NCBI RefSeq assembly: GCF_042660085.1
Contig: NZ_JBHSTI010000008.1
Span: 540,001 to 572,000 of the forward strand
Length of the DNA stretch: 32,000 bases
Origin: Longivirga aurantiaca
GTDB lineage: Bacteria; Actinomycetota; Actinomycetes; S36-B12; CAIYMF01
Direction of reading: 5' to 3'
Shown here: in pieces, positions 17,240-26,133 of the stretch
How positions within the stretch are numbered: the first letter of the stretch is position 1
Layout: each line of letters starts with the position of its first letter
Program-made: the position numbers and the translations under genes
Notes under the pieces: generated by a model
What the model saw: only the letters and a program-made list of their open reading frames with translations
The model's database searches: none
What the model was told of the DNA's origin: nothing

Positions 17240-18148
17240 ATGACGACGTCCGCGACCCACGCGCCCGACCCTGTCCGCGACCGCTGGCTGCTCACGCCGG
17301 AGCAGGTCGAGCAGTTCGACCGCGACGGATACCTGCTGCTGAAGAACCGCGTCGAGCCCGACCTGCTGCGCCGGCTGCAGGACGCGTCCGAGCGTTGGAT
17401 CGCCGACGGCGCAGGGCGCGAGGACGCGGGCCCGAGCGACTGGCTCTTCGCGAACCGGCCGTCGGGCAAGGTCATGTGGCGCGTCGACTACATCCACGAC
17501 AAGGGTGAGCCGGCATCGCTGGAGCTGCTCGGATCGCCCGCCGTCCTCGGCATCGCCGAGAGCCTGGCCGGGCCGGACTTCGTGCCGACGTACGAGTCGC
17601 TCGTGGTGAAGAAGGCAGGCGACGGGGCGCCGGTGCCGTGGCACCAGGACGCCGTGCACGCACGCCGTCACCGGCTCTTCAACGTGGACGTCTACCTCGA
17701 CCGTTCGCAGGCCGGTGCCGGTGCGCTGCACGTGATCCCGGGCTCGCAGAAGGAGCGCACCGACGCGTGCTCGCTCGCCGAGACCTACGGCTACGAGCTG
17801 CCCGGAGCTATCCAGGTCGAGATGGAGCCCGGCGACGTGCTCGTGCACGACGACATGGTGGTGCACGGTTCGCCGCCGTCGGCGAGCGACGCCCAGCGGC
17901 GGACGATCTACTTCGAGTTCCGTGCCGCCCAGTCCATCCTCGAGGACGGGCCCTGGACGCCGGAGTGGATGGACGCGCGGCTCCGTCTGGTGCCTCTCGC
18001 GCTGGCCGAGCGCGCGCGGTGGTCGGACGAGGCGTTCGCGTGGCGCATCAGCCCCGACCTCCGACCCGTCGTGTCGGACGACGTCGAGGCCGAGCTGCGC
18101 GTGGTGCACACCGCGCACACGCCGGGGGAGTGGTGCAGCGCGGGCTGA
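17240..18148 (+). CDS. Phytanoyl-CoA dioxygenase (PhyH) family protein
   Basis: Fe(II)/2OG motifs VPWHQDAVH (HxD) and MVVHGSPPSAS (distal His); divergent from the AraC gene. Confidence 0.9.
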   Translation: MTTSATHAPDPVRDRWLLTPEQVEQFDRDGYLLLKNRVEPDLLRRLQDASERWIADGAGREDAGPSDWLFANRPSGKVMWRVDYIHDKGEPASLELLGSPAVLGIAESLAGPDFVPTYESLVVKKAGDGAPVPWHQDAVHARRHRLFNVDVYLDRSQAGAGALHVIPGSQKERTDACSLAETYGYELPGAIQVEMEPGDVLVHDDMVVHGSPPSASDAQRRTIYFEFRAAQSILEDGPWTPEWMDARLRLVPLALAERARWSDEAFAWRISPDLRPVVSDDVEAELRVVHTAHTPGEWCSAG

Positions 18149-18152
18149 GCGC

Positions 18153-19025
18153 CTACGCCGTACCTTCGCCGACGACGTCCGGCGGGCCGGGCTCGCGATG
18201 TCCCGACCGCTCGGCACCCACGCCCGCCACCACCACGAGCGCCACGCCGACGACCTGGACCAGGCCCGGGATCTGCGCGAGCAGCACTGCGCCCACGAGC
18301 GTGGCGATCCCCGGCTCGAGCGCCATGAGCGTGCCGAACGCCGCCGTGGTGAGCCGCCGCAGCGCCTGCAGCTCGAGCGCGAACGGCAGGATCGGCAGGA
18401 GCACGGCGAGTGCGACGGCGATGCCGAGCACCTGCCAGGTGAGGCCGCCGACCGCCTGCGGCACGCCGACGAACGCCGCGACCACGGCGGCCACCGGCAT
18501 CGTGATCGCCAGCCCCTGCATCCCGCTGAAGCGGTCGCCGACCTGCTGGGTGAGCACGATGTACGCCGCCCACCCGACGCCTGCGAGCGCGGCGTACAGG
18601 ACGCCGAGCGGGTCGACGGTGCCCGTCCAGGGCTCGGTCAGGAGGACGACGCCCGCGAACGCCAGCAGCGGCCAGAGCAGGCCGCGTCGGTCGCGGCTGC
18701 GGACGACCGCCACGCCGAGGGGGCCGAGGAACTCGATCGCGACGACCGTGCCGAGCGGGATGCGGTCGAGGGCGAGGACGAAGAAGACGGTCATGACGCC
18801 GGTCATCACGCCGAGGGCGACCGGTGTCCGGAGCTCGCGCGCGGTGAGGCCCGCGAGGCTCGGCCGGGCGATGGCGAGGAAGAAGACCGCCGCGACCGTG
18901 AGCCGCAGCCACACCGTGCCGACGGGCCCGATCGCGGGGAAGAGGTGGGTCGAGAGAGCGGCGCCGATCTGCACCGACATCATCGCGCCGACCGCAAGGG
19001 TCCAGGCAGGAACGCGGTCGGTCAC
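18153..19025 (-). CDS. EamA/DMT family transporter (RhtA-like)
   Basis: Multi-TM protein, two repeated EamA units; GTVVAIEFLGPLGVAVV and ALEPGIATLVGAVLL motifs. Confidence 0.9.
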   Translation of the reverse strand: MTDRVPAWTLAVGAMMSVQIGAALSTHLFPAIGPVGTVWLRLTVAAVFFLAIARPSLAGLTARELRTPVALGVMTGVMTVFFVLALDRIPLGTVVAIEFLGPLGVAVVRSRDRRGLLWPLLAFAGVVLLTEPWTGTVDPLGVLYAALAGVGWAAYIVLTQQVGDRFSGMQGLAITMPVAAVVAAFVGVPQAVGGLTWQVLGIAVALAVLLPILPFALELQALRRLTTAAFGTLMALEPGIATLVGAVLLAQIPGLVQVVGVALVVVAGVGAERSGHREPGPPDVVGEGTA

Positions 19026-19071
19026 GAGGGCGATCCAACCACCCTGGTAGGACGGCGTCCGACGAGGACGA

Positions 19072-20382
19072 TCAGCTGGCGAAGCTGGGGAGCCAGCGTT
19101 CGAGCTCGCCGCGCATCGGCACGGTGGCGTCCATCTGGCTGAGCACGCCGATGCCGCCCAGCCAGGTGCGGTGCATGAGCATGTACGTCGGCGGCAGGTT
19201 GATCTTGAAGCCGATCGAGAAGTCGGGGTTGCGCGGGTCGTTGAGCCGGTTGAAGTGCCCGCGCATCCAGTCGCGCGAGAAGTGGAACTCCTCGTGCTGG
19301 GCGGGCTCGGCGAACGGCAGGAGGGCGTTGAGGAACTGCTCGGTGTCGACCGTGATGTCGGGCTTCAGGAACCCCTCGGCACGCAGGCCCGCGACCGTGG
19401 CCTCGGAGTCTCCGAGCATGGCGAGCCTGAGCAGCGAGCCCATCGCCTCGGGCGGGCCGTCGGGCATCTTCGAGACGGCACCGAAGTCGAGGACGCCGAG
19501 CCGGCCGTCGCCGAGCACGCGGTAGTTGCCGGGGTGGGGGTCGGCGTGGAGCAGCCCGGCGCGGGTCGGCCCGCTCATGAGGAACCGCAGGTAGAGCGTG
19601 CCGTAGTGGTCGCGCTCCTCCTGGGTGCCGTCGGAGATCACCTTCGCGAGCGAGTAGCCGTCGAGCCACTCGGACACCACGACGGTCGGTGCAGCGGCGA
19701 GCACGTGGGGGACGACGAAGTCCTCGTCGTCCTCGTACGCCGCGGCGAACTGGCGCTGGCTCTGCGACTCGTGGAGGTAGTCGAGCTCCTCGGCCGCGCG
19801 GTCCTTCAGCTCGGCGATCAGCGGCTTGATGTCCATGCCGGGCGACATCGACGCGAACATGCGCGCCATCCGCGCGACCTGGTTGAGGTCGCTCATCAGG
19901 GCCTTGCCGGCGCCGGGGTACTGGATCTTCACGGCGACCTCGCGGCCGTCGCGCCACACCGCCTTGTGCACCTGGCCGATCGACGCCGCAGCCGTGGGCA
20001 TGTCGTCGAACGACTCGAAGCGGTCGCGCCAGTCGTCGCCGAGGGCCTCGACCAGCTGGCGGTGGACGGTGTCGGCCGGCATCGGTGGGGCGGCGTCCTG
20101 GAGCTTGGTGAGAGTGGCGCGGTAGGGCCCGAGCAGCTCCTCCGGCAGCGCGACCTCGGCGATGCTCATCGCCTGGCCGAACTTCATCGCGCCGCCCTTG
20201 AGCTCGCCGAGGGTCTTGAAGACCTGCTCGGCCGTGCGCTGCTGAACCTCGAGGGCCACGGCCTCCGCGGACGCACCGCCCACGCGCTTGCCGACGCCGA
20301 GGGCCGTCCGCCCGGCATAGCCGAGCGGCAGGGCGGCGAGGCGCGCACCTCGGGTGATGGCGCGGCGCGGGAGGTCGGTCAC
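19072..20382 (-). CDS. ABC1/AarF/UbiB-family atypical kinase
   Basis: TLGELKGGAMKFGQAMSIAE (KxGQ motif), AAAASIGQVHKAVWRDGREVAVKIQYPG, GLLHADPHPGNYRVLGDGRLGVLDFGAVSKM; GTGA overlap with the upstream ThiF-like gene. Confidence 0.94.
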   Translation of the reverse strand: MTDLPRRAITRGARLAALPLGYAGRTALGVGKRVGGASAEAVALEVQQRTAEQVFKTLGELKGGAMKFGQAMSIAEVALPEELLGPYRATLTKLQDAAPPMPADTVHRQLVEALGDDWRDRFESFDDMPTAAASIGQVHKAVWRDGREVAVKIQYPGAGKALMSDLNQVARMARMFASMSPGMDIKPLIAELKDRAAEELDYLHESQSQRQFAAAYEDDEDFVVPHVLAAAPTVVVSEWLDGYSLAKVISDGTQEERDHYGTLYLRFLMSGPTRAGLLHADPHPGNYRVLGDGRLGVLDFGAVSKMPDGPPEAMGSLLRLAMLGDSEATVAGLRAEGFLKPDITVDTEQFLNALLPFAEPAQHEEFHFSRDWMRGHFNRLNDPRNPDFSIGFKINLPPTYMLMHRTWLGGIGVLSQMDATVPMRGELERWLPSFAS

Positions 20383-21437
20383 GCGTCCATTGTGGTGCCG
20401 ACCCCCGCCCACCCGCACCCGCAGGCGGGGTGGCGGACCACCGGACGGCACGTGGCGAGCAGGTCGGGTGCCGCCAGCTCGACCTGGGCGTCGAGGCTGG
20501 CCGGTCGCGCGGCCGACCCGTGGTCGACCACCTGCAGCACGTGCGCGACGGCGACCGCGGCAGCCGCGGATGCTGCGATCCCCAGGGACGCATGGGATCT
20601 CGGGTGATGCAGCCGCAGCTGGTCGACGAGCGCCGGCCACGCGGGATCGGCGTCGCGGTGGCGGTGGTCGAGGCACCAGAGGCACGGAGAGGAACCCGGG
20701 AGCACGAACGGCCCAACGAGGGCGGTCGATCCGGCGACGGCGACGGCGAGGTGCGGCACGCCGTCCGCCAGGAGGTCGTCGGCGAGCTCGGGATCGGTCC
20801 ACGGGAGGTCGGCGTCCGCTGACGAGCACACGACGACCGCTGAGGGGCGGGTGCCCCGGACCGAGGCGGACGTCGGGCGCGCGCCCTGGCTGCGGACGGC
20901 GGCCCCAACCTGCTCGCGCCACATCACCTCGGGCTCGTGCGGGCCCGAGGGGGTGAGGTCGACCACCGTCGCGGGTCGGTCGCCGGCCTCGACCACGACC
21001 GTGCCGACCCCCGCCGCGGCCAGCCCGACCGCGATCTGCGCGGCGGCGCGGTCGTCGCCGCGCACGACGACGGTGGACCGGCCCCGGCGGGCGAGCACCC
21101 GCAGGGCGCCGGCGCTGCCGTGCGCGTGCGCCAGGGCCGCGAGGTCGTCGGCGTACCTCTGCTGCTTGTGCGCGGCCACGAGGCCCGGCGCCGCGGGCTC
21201 GTCGGCGAGGAGGCCGCGCTCGTGCAGCTGCTCGAGCAGACCCGCGAGCTCAGGGTGCGCGCCGACGAGGTCGGCGGTGGTGCGCGTGCCGTCGAGGTGC
21301 AGCAGCGCCGTGCCGGCGTCGTCGGTGAGCCGGTCGACGACGACGGCTGTGCGCCGGTCGAGGCCGATCTGGACGCGGTCGCGCGCGCGGCGCAGGAACG
21401 GCAGGCCCGGGCGCGGGCGCGGCAGGTAGCGGCTCAT
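20379..21437 (-). CDS. ThiF/E1-like (TOMM cyclodehydratase-related) protein with possible PqqD-like N-terminal domain
   Basis: Rossmann-like STVVVRGDDRAAAQIAVGLAAAGVGTVVVEAGD; cysteines SPCLWCLDHR and HPACGCGW suggest a split zinc site; N-terminal LHLDGTRTTADLVGAHPELAGLLEQLHERGLL. Confidence 0.75.
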   Translation of the reverse strand: MSRYLPRPRPGLPFLRRARDRVQIGLDRRTAVVVDRLTDDAGTALLHLDGTRTTADLVGAHPELAGLLEQLHERGLLADEPAAPGLVAAHKQQRYADDLAALAHAHGSAGALRVLARRGRSTVVVRGDDRAAAQIAVGLAAAGVGTVVVEAGDRPATVVDLTPSGPHEPEVMWREQVGAAVRSQGARPTSASVRGTRPSAVVVCSSADADLPWTDPELADDLLADGVPHLAVAVAGSTALVGPFVLPGSSPCLWCLDHRHRDADPAWPALVDQLRLHHPRSHASLGIAASAAAAVAVAHVLQVVDHGSAARPASLDAQVELAAPDLLATCRPVVRHPACGCGWAGVGTTMDA

Positions 21438-21587
21438 GCCCGCACCCTCGCCCTACGGCCCTGTGCACCGTCGCGGCCGTCCCCAGCCCCGATGCGCTAC
21501 GCGCGGTGCGCGGTCACGGTGAAGGCCGACTGTGTTGCGTTCTTAGCAACGAAGGCCCCCTTCATCGCAAACCTCAGCCGCAAACGC

Positions 21588-22901
21588 TCAGGCCAGGCGG
21601 CAGTGGGCGAGGGCGGCGAGGGTGAGGGCACGGGCGGTGGCGAGCATGTCGTCCGTGGTCACCTGCTCGTCGGGGGCGTGCGCGTGCCGCGCGTCGCCGG
21701 GGCCGTACTGCAGCACGGGCATGTGCGGCGCGAGCAGGCGCAGGTCGCTGCCGTAGGGGCCGCCGTACACCTCCTGCACGCGCGCGGACGGCGAGGACGT
21801 GCGGTGCGCGCCCTGCACCAGGTCGGTGAGCTCACGGCAGTCCGAGAGCCCGGGGGCGAACTGCCCGCCCCACCACTCGACCCGCACCGGGTGCTCGCGC
21901 AGGAACGGGTCGGCGGCGCACAGCGCGGCCACGGCCGCCTCGAGCGCGGCGCGGGCGGCCTCGGGCGTCTCCTCGAGCGCGACGCCGAGCCGCCCCTCGG
22001 CCACGAGCAGGTCGGGAACGGTCGAGGCCCAGTCGCCCGCCTGCACCGTGCCGATCGACAGCGGGTAGGCGAGGCGCCAGCGCTGCATGAGCGGGTGGAC
22101 CACCTCGTTGCGGCTCGTCTCGAGGTCGGTGAGCGCGTGGAAGACCGAGATGAACTTCTCGATCGCGCTGACCCCCTCGGTACGCCGCGACGCGTGCACG
22201 GCGCGGCCCGGCACCTTCAGGCGGAAGGTCAGCGCCCCGCCGTTGGCCGGAACGATGTCCATGTCGGTCGGCTCGGGGATCACGCACGCGTCGGCGCGAA
22301 CGCCGCGGCGCAGGAGCTCGAACGTGCCGAGCCCGCCGTCCTCCTCGCCCACCACCGGCGCGAACAGGAGATCGCCCGCGAGCCGCACGCCGGCCGCGCG
22401 CAGCGCGCGCAGCGCCACCACGGACGCCACGACGCCGGCCTTCATGTCGCACGCGCCGCGACCGTGCAGCACCTCGACGCCGTCGCGGTCGACGCGGCGC
22501 AGCGTGAAGGGGTCGGCGTCCCACTGGTCGAGGTCGCCTGGGGGCACGACGTCGGTGTGCCCGTCGATGAGCAGGCTCGGCCCGCCGCCCGCGCCGCGGA
22601 TGGTGCCGAGCACGCCCACGGCCGCGCGCCGCTCGACCTCCTGGCCCGGGAACGCGGGGTCCGAGGTGACGGCGTCGAGGTCGATGTCCCAGACCTCGAC
22701 GTCCAGGCCGGCGTCGCGCAGGAGGTCGGCCATGACGTGCTGGATCTCGACCTCGGCCGGGCTGCCGCCGATGCTCGGGATGCCGACGAGGTGCCCGAGC
22801 AGGCCGACGGCGTCCTCGCGCTGGGCGTCCACGGCCGCGAGCACGGTGGCGACGGCGGTGCTGTCGTCGGGGACGAGTCCGGGGGAGGTCGGCGCGGTCA
22901 T
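21588..22901 (-). CDS. M20/ArgE/DapE family metallopeptidase or deacylase
   Basis: LLIDGHTDVVPPGDLDQW, GRGACDMKAGVVASVVAL, PVVGEEDGGLGTF motifs. Confidence 0.92.
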   Translation of the reverse strand: MTAPTSPGLVPDDSTAVATVLAAVDAQREDAVGLLGHLVGIPSIGGSPAEVEIQHVMADLLRDAGLDVEVWDIDLDAVTSDPAFPGQEVERRAAVGVLGTIRGAGGGPSLLIDGHTDVVPPGDLDQWDADPFTLRRVDRDGVEVLHGRGACDMKAGVVASVVALRALRAAGVRLAGDLLFAPVVGEEDGGLGTFELLRRGVRADACVIPEPTDMDIVPANGGALTFRLKVPGRAVHASRRTEGVSAIEKFISVFHALTDLETSRNEVVHPLMQRWRLAYPLSIGTVQAGDWASTVPDLLVAEGRLGVALEETPEAARAALEAAVAALCAADPFLREHPVRVEWWGGQFAPGLSDCRELTDLVQGAHRTSSPSARVQEVYGGPYGSDLRLLAPHMPVLQYGPGDARHAHAPDEQVTTDDMLATARALTLAALAHCRLA

Positions 22902-23044
22902 GTCGAGCACCCTAGGGATGCGCCGCGGGCGAGGGGACCCGAGGGGGGCATCGCGCTCCCGATGTACGGCGTCGGCAGGGGCTGCGCACGACGAAGCCCC
23001 CGACCGCAGGCGGTCGGGGGCTTCGCGTGGACGAACGGTGGCCG

Positions 23045-23203
23045 TCAGGCCTTGCCGAGGATCCGGTTGACCTTGGTGTTGCAGACGGGGCAGATGCCCT
23101 GCGCCATGCGACGGCCGTTCTTCTCGACGACGACGCCGGTGAACTCGCGCTTCTCCTTGCACTTCACGCAGTACGCCTCGCCGGTGTAGCTCTCGTCAGC
23201 CAT
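23045..23203 (-). CDS. DUF5679-type zinc-ribbon mini-protein, 52 aa
   Basis: Conceptual translation MADESYTGEAYCVKCKEKREFTGVVVEKNGRRMAQGICPVCNTKVNRILGKA; SD GGAGGA upstream; absent from the supplied track, which lists only longer ORFs. Confidence 0.88.
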   Translation of the reverse strand: MADESYTGEAYCVKCKEKREFTGVVVEKNGRRMAQGICPVCNTKVNRILGKA

Positions 23204-23510
23204 GGGGGTCCTCCTCCTGGTGTGGGTACGTGCCTAGGGCCGGGCGCCGTTCTCCCGCGAGCGGGGCGGTGTTCGGTGCCGGTCCGCAGCACGGGCCACC
23301 GGGGTGGCCTGGGCGTCACCGACCCTACGCGGCTTCACCGTCCGACTCGCGCAGGCGCGCGTGGTTCGCGACGTGAGTAAAGGGACGATATATGACAAAT
23401 CACACCATATAGCCGCACCGAGAACGCCTCGGACCACCCGACGGCGGCGTCGTGCGGCGGTGCGGGGCTGAGCGCGGGGCGGCCCCGCGGACGGCGCCGA
23501 CGGTGGCCGC

Positions 23511-24335
23511 TCACCCCGTCAGCGACCCCGCAGCGGCCAGCAGGAGCCCGACCGCGAGCAGCGCCAGCACCAGCACGAGGCGGAACAGCGCCCTGCCCGA
23601 GCCGCGCACGAGCACGACGGCGGAGGCCGCGCCTGCCATCCCCGCGACGACGGCCGTGAGCAGCCCGCCGAGCCCGAGGTTGGCGAGCAGCAGCCCGACA
23701 GCGGCCGCGACGCAGCCGAGCGCGGCGACCGCCGAGGCCCTCGGGCCGATGCGTGCCACGAGCCCGCCGGCGCCCACCCGCAGGTCGCTCTCGACGTCCG
23801 GCACAGCGTTCGCAAGACCAGCCCCGACCCCCAGCAGGGCGGCTGCGGCGGTGAGCCACGCGGCGGGCGCCGTCGGCGGCGTGAGCCCGTAGGTGACGAA
23901 CGCGGGGATCAGGCCGAAGGACACGGCGTACGGCAGCGGCGAGAGCACGGTCGGCTTCAGCCAGAGGTCGTAGCACCACGCCGAGGCGACGGCGAGCACG
24001 TGCGCGGTGCCGCCGACAGGGCCGGCGGCTGCGTACGAGAGAGCGGTGGTGGCCGCGAGCGCGAGCGCTGCCGCGACCCACAGCGCCGGCGCGCTGATGT
24101 CACCGCGGACCACCGGCTTCTCGGTGCGGCCCGCGCGCAGGTCGCGGTCGGCGTCGCGGGCGTCGTTGCACCAGCCGACGGAGAGCTGACCGGAGAGGAC
24201 GGCGGCCGCCACCAGGGCGACGCCGACGGCGTCCCGTCCGGCGGCGAGCGCGAGGCCGGCGACCACGGCGGTGACCGCGGCGGTCGGCAGCGGGTGGCTC
24301 GCGTCGAGCAGTGCGCGCGCCGAGCGGCCGTTCAC
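23511..24335 (-). CDS. UbiA family prenyltransferase
   Basis: Multi-TM with NDARDADRDLRAGRTEKPVV and NAVPDVESDLRVGAGGLV aspartate motifs; likely GTG start 24335. Confidence 0.88.
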   Translation of the reverse strand: MNGRSARALLDASHPLPTAAVTAVVAGLALAAGRDAVGVALVAAAVLSGQLSVGWCNDARDADRDLRAGRTEKPVVRGDISAPALWVAAALALAATTALSYAAAGPVGGTAHVLAVASAWCYDLWLKPTVLSPLPYAVSFGLIPAFVTYGLTPPTAPAAWLTAAAALLGVGAGLANAVPDVESDLRVGAGGLVARIGPRASAVAALGCVAAAVGLLLANLGLGGLLTAVVAGMAGAASAVVLVRGSGRALFRLVLVLALLAVGLLLAAAGSLTG

Positions 24336-24810
24336 GGTCGCGCCGCACCGGGGGTCATCGCGGCAGTCTGACGCCTTCTCGACGGCACGGGGACGACGAG
24401 AGCCCCCGGGTCTCGCAGCCGCTGTCCGCCTTCCCCTTGCGGACACCGGCCCGTTCTCCCGGGGGCCCTGTCGAAGGAGGAACCTAGGTGTCCGCGCGAA
24501 CGCTGGTCAACGTCGCGGTGAACCTCCCTGTGGACGCAGCTGTGCACTGGCTGGGGACATCACGGCGCGGCGCTGTGGACCACAGGTGGACGAGCCTGGG
24601 GACGGCGCCGTGGATGATCACGACACGCCGGGGCTGACCTGCACCGACGCAATCCCCTGCCTGTGGGGGAAAAGTTCTTGGTCGGTGGACGTGTCTGGCC
24701 GGTCACGCAGGCTGCCCTGACGGCCGTGCGATGACGGGCGCGTGAACGACGTACGCCGGGTCGGCGGTGCGCGCGACGCGGTGTCGGCGGGGCGTCGTAC
24801 TGTCGTCGCG

Positions 24811-25539
24811 ATGAGCCAGCACGTGGTCGAGATCCCGGGTCTGCCGCCCGACGTCGAGGTGCGCCGCAGCACCCGGCGGCGGCGCAGCGTCACGGCCTAC
24901 CGCGAGGACGGCCGCACGATCGTGGTCGTGCCGCACCGGATGTCGCGCGCGGACATCAAGCCGTACGTCGAGGAGCTCGTCGGCAAGCTCGTCGCGCGCG
25001 AGAAGAGGTCGGCGCGCTCGGACGACCAGCTCATGGCCCGCGCGCGGCTGCTCTCGCGCCGCCACCTCGACGGCCGCGCCGTGCCCACCTCGGTGCGGTT
25101 CGTCTCCAACCAGAGGAAGCGCTGGGGCTCCTGCACGCCGCTCGACGGCTCGATCCGGCTGTCCGACCGCCTGCACTCGATGCCCGAGCACGTCGTCGAC
25201 TACGTGCTCCTGCACGAGCTCGTGCACCTGCTGGTCTCCGACCACGGCCCCGACTTCGAGGCCTGGATGGCCCGCTACCCGCGGCTCGTCGAGTCGCGCG
25301 CGTTCCTCGCCGGCGTCGACCACGCGACCGGGCTGGGCCTGCGTGCCGAGCCCGACGAGGACGACGCCGCCGACGCCGCCGGCGGTGCGCCGAGCGAGAT
25401 CGACGTCCGTGACCCTGCGGCACCCGCTGCGGCCGCGCCTGCCCCTGCGCCGCGCCGTCGGCGCACCCAGGTCAGCCTCGACACCACCGAGCCGCTCTTT
25501 GACCGCGCCGTCCACCTCCCACCCACCCGCTCATACTGA
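24811..25539 (+). CDS. YgjP-like / M48 family zinc metallopeptidase
   Basis: RFVSNQRKRWGSCTPLDGSIRLSDRLHSMPEHVVDYVLLHELVHLLVSDHGPDFEAWM; HExxH plus WGSC motif. Confidence 0.92.
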   Translation: MSQHVVEIPGLPPDVEVRRSTRRRRSVTAYREDGRTIVVVPHRMSRADIKPYVEELVGKLVAREKRSARSDDQLMARARLLSRRHLDGRAVPTSVRFVSNQRKRWGSCTPLDGSIRLSDRLHSMPEHVVDYVLLHELVHLLVSDHGPDFEAWMARYPRLVESRAFLAGVDHATGLGLRAEPDEDDAADAAGGAPSEIDVRDPAAPAAAAPAPAPRRRRTQVSLDTTEPLFDRAVHLPPTRSY

Positions 25540-25599
25540 TCAACCGTTGCTTCCCAGCCGGGAGACGACGGATCGATCAGTCTCAGCTGGGGGGGTGGG

Positions 25600-26133
25600 T
25601 CAGGGGAGGGCGAGGGCTGCGGCGACGAGGCGGCGCAGGGCGTCGTCGGTGAGGTCGGGCAGCGCGTCGACGTCGAACCACGCGAGGTCCAGCGACTCCT
25701 CGCTCATCACGTGGACGGCGTCCCGCGGCGCGACGGCGACGTACTGCACGTCGAGGTGGTCGCTGCCGCCGTGGCAGGTGACGCGGTGCCGGTCGAGGCG
25801 CACCGGGGACGCACCGACGGCAAGACCGGCGATGCCGCTCTCCTCGAGCGCCTCGCGGGCGGCGGCGTCGCGCAGGGTCGCGTCGGCGGGCTCGAGGTGG
25901 CCGCCCATCTGCAGCCAGAGCCCGACCTTCGGGTGCAGCGTGAGCAGCACGCGGGTGCGGTCGGGCGAGATCACGAGCGCGGACGCCGTGATGTGCCCGG
26001 GCACGCACGCGCGGAAGACCGCGTCGTCGTGCTCGTCGACGAAGGCCACGTAGCGGTCGCGCAGCGCCGCCTGGGCGTCGTCCGGCGCCGCCCAGCCCGT
26101 GAGCACGGACCGGACGTCGGCCTGCAGGCTCAC
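25600..26133 (-). CDS. NUDIX hydrolase
   Basis: Nudix box GGHLEPADATLRDAAAREALEESGI; GTG start overlaps the stop of the DUF2342 gene. Confidence 0.92.
   Translation of the reverse strand: MSLQADVRSVLTGWAAPDDAQAALRDRYVAFVDEHDDAVFRACVPGHITASALVISPDRTRVLLTLHPKVGLWLQMGGHLEPADATLRDAAAREALEESGIAGLAVGASPVRLDRHRVTCHGGSDHLDVQYVAVAPRDAVHVMSEESLDLAWFDVDALPDLTDDALRRLVAAALALP

Noticed and set aside
20379-21437. Calling the ThiF-like protein an active TOMM cyclodehydratase in a RiPP gene cluster
   Set aside because: No YcaO, dehydrogenase or obvious precursor peptide gene in the window; the nucleotide-binding region looks degenerate, so only a family-level resemblance is claimed.
20937-23189. 750-aa plus-strand ORF MRARGGEVDHRRGSVAGL...
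   Set aside because: Antisense to the clear ThiF-like and M20 genes; composition rich in R/G/H/V without recognisable domain, typical of high-GC antisense open frames.
23234-24081. Two minus-strand frames around the AT-rich island (67 aa and 248 aa)
   Set aside because: The 248-aa frame overlaps the UbiA gene out of frame; the 67-aa frame crosses a promoter-like AT-rich region and shows no domain.
24541-24700. Clusters of CTGTGG/TGTGGGG reminiscent of DnaA boxes
   Set aside because: None match TTATCCACA or its complement closely and no origin-associated genes are nearby.
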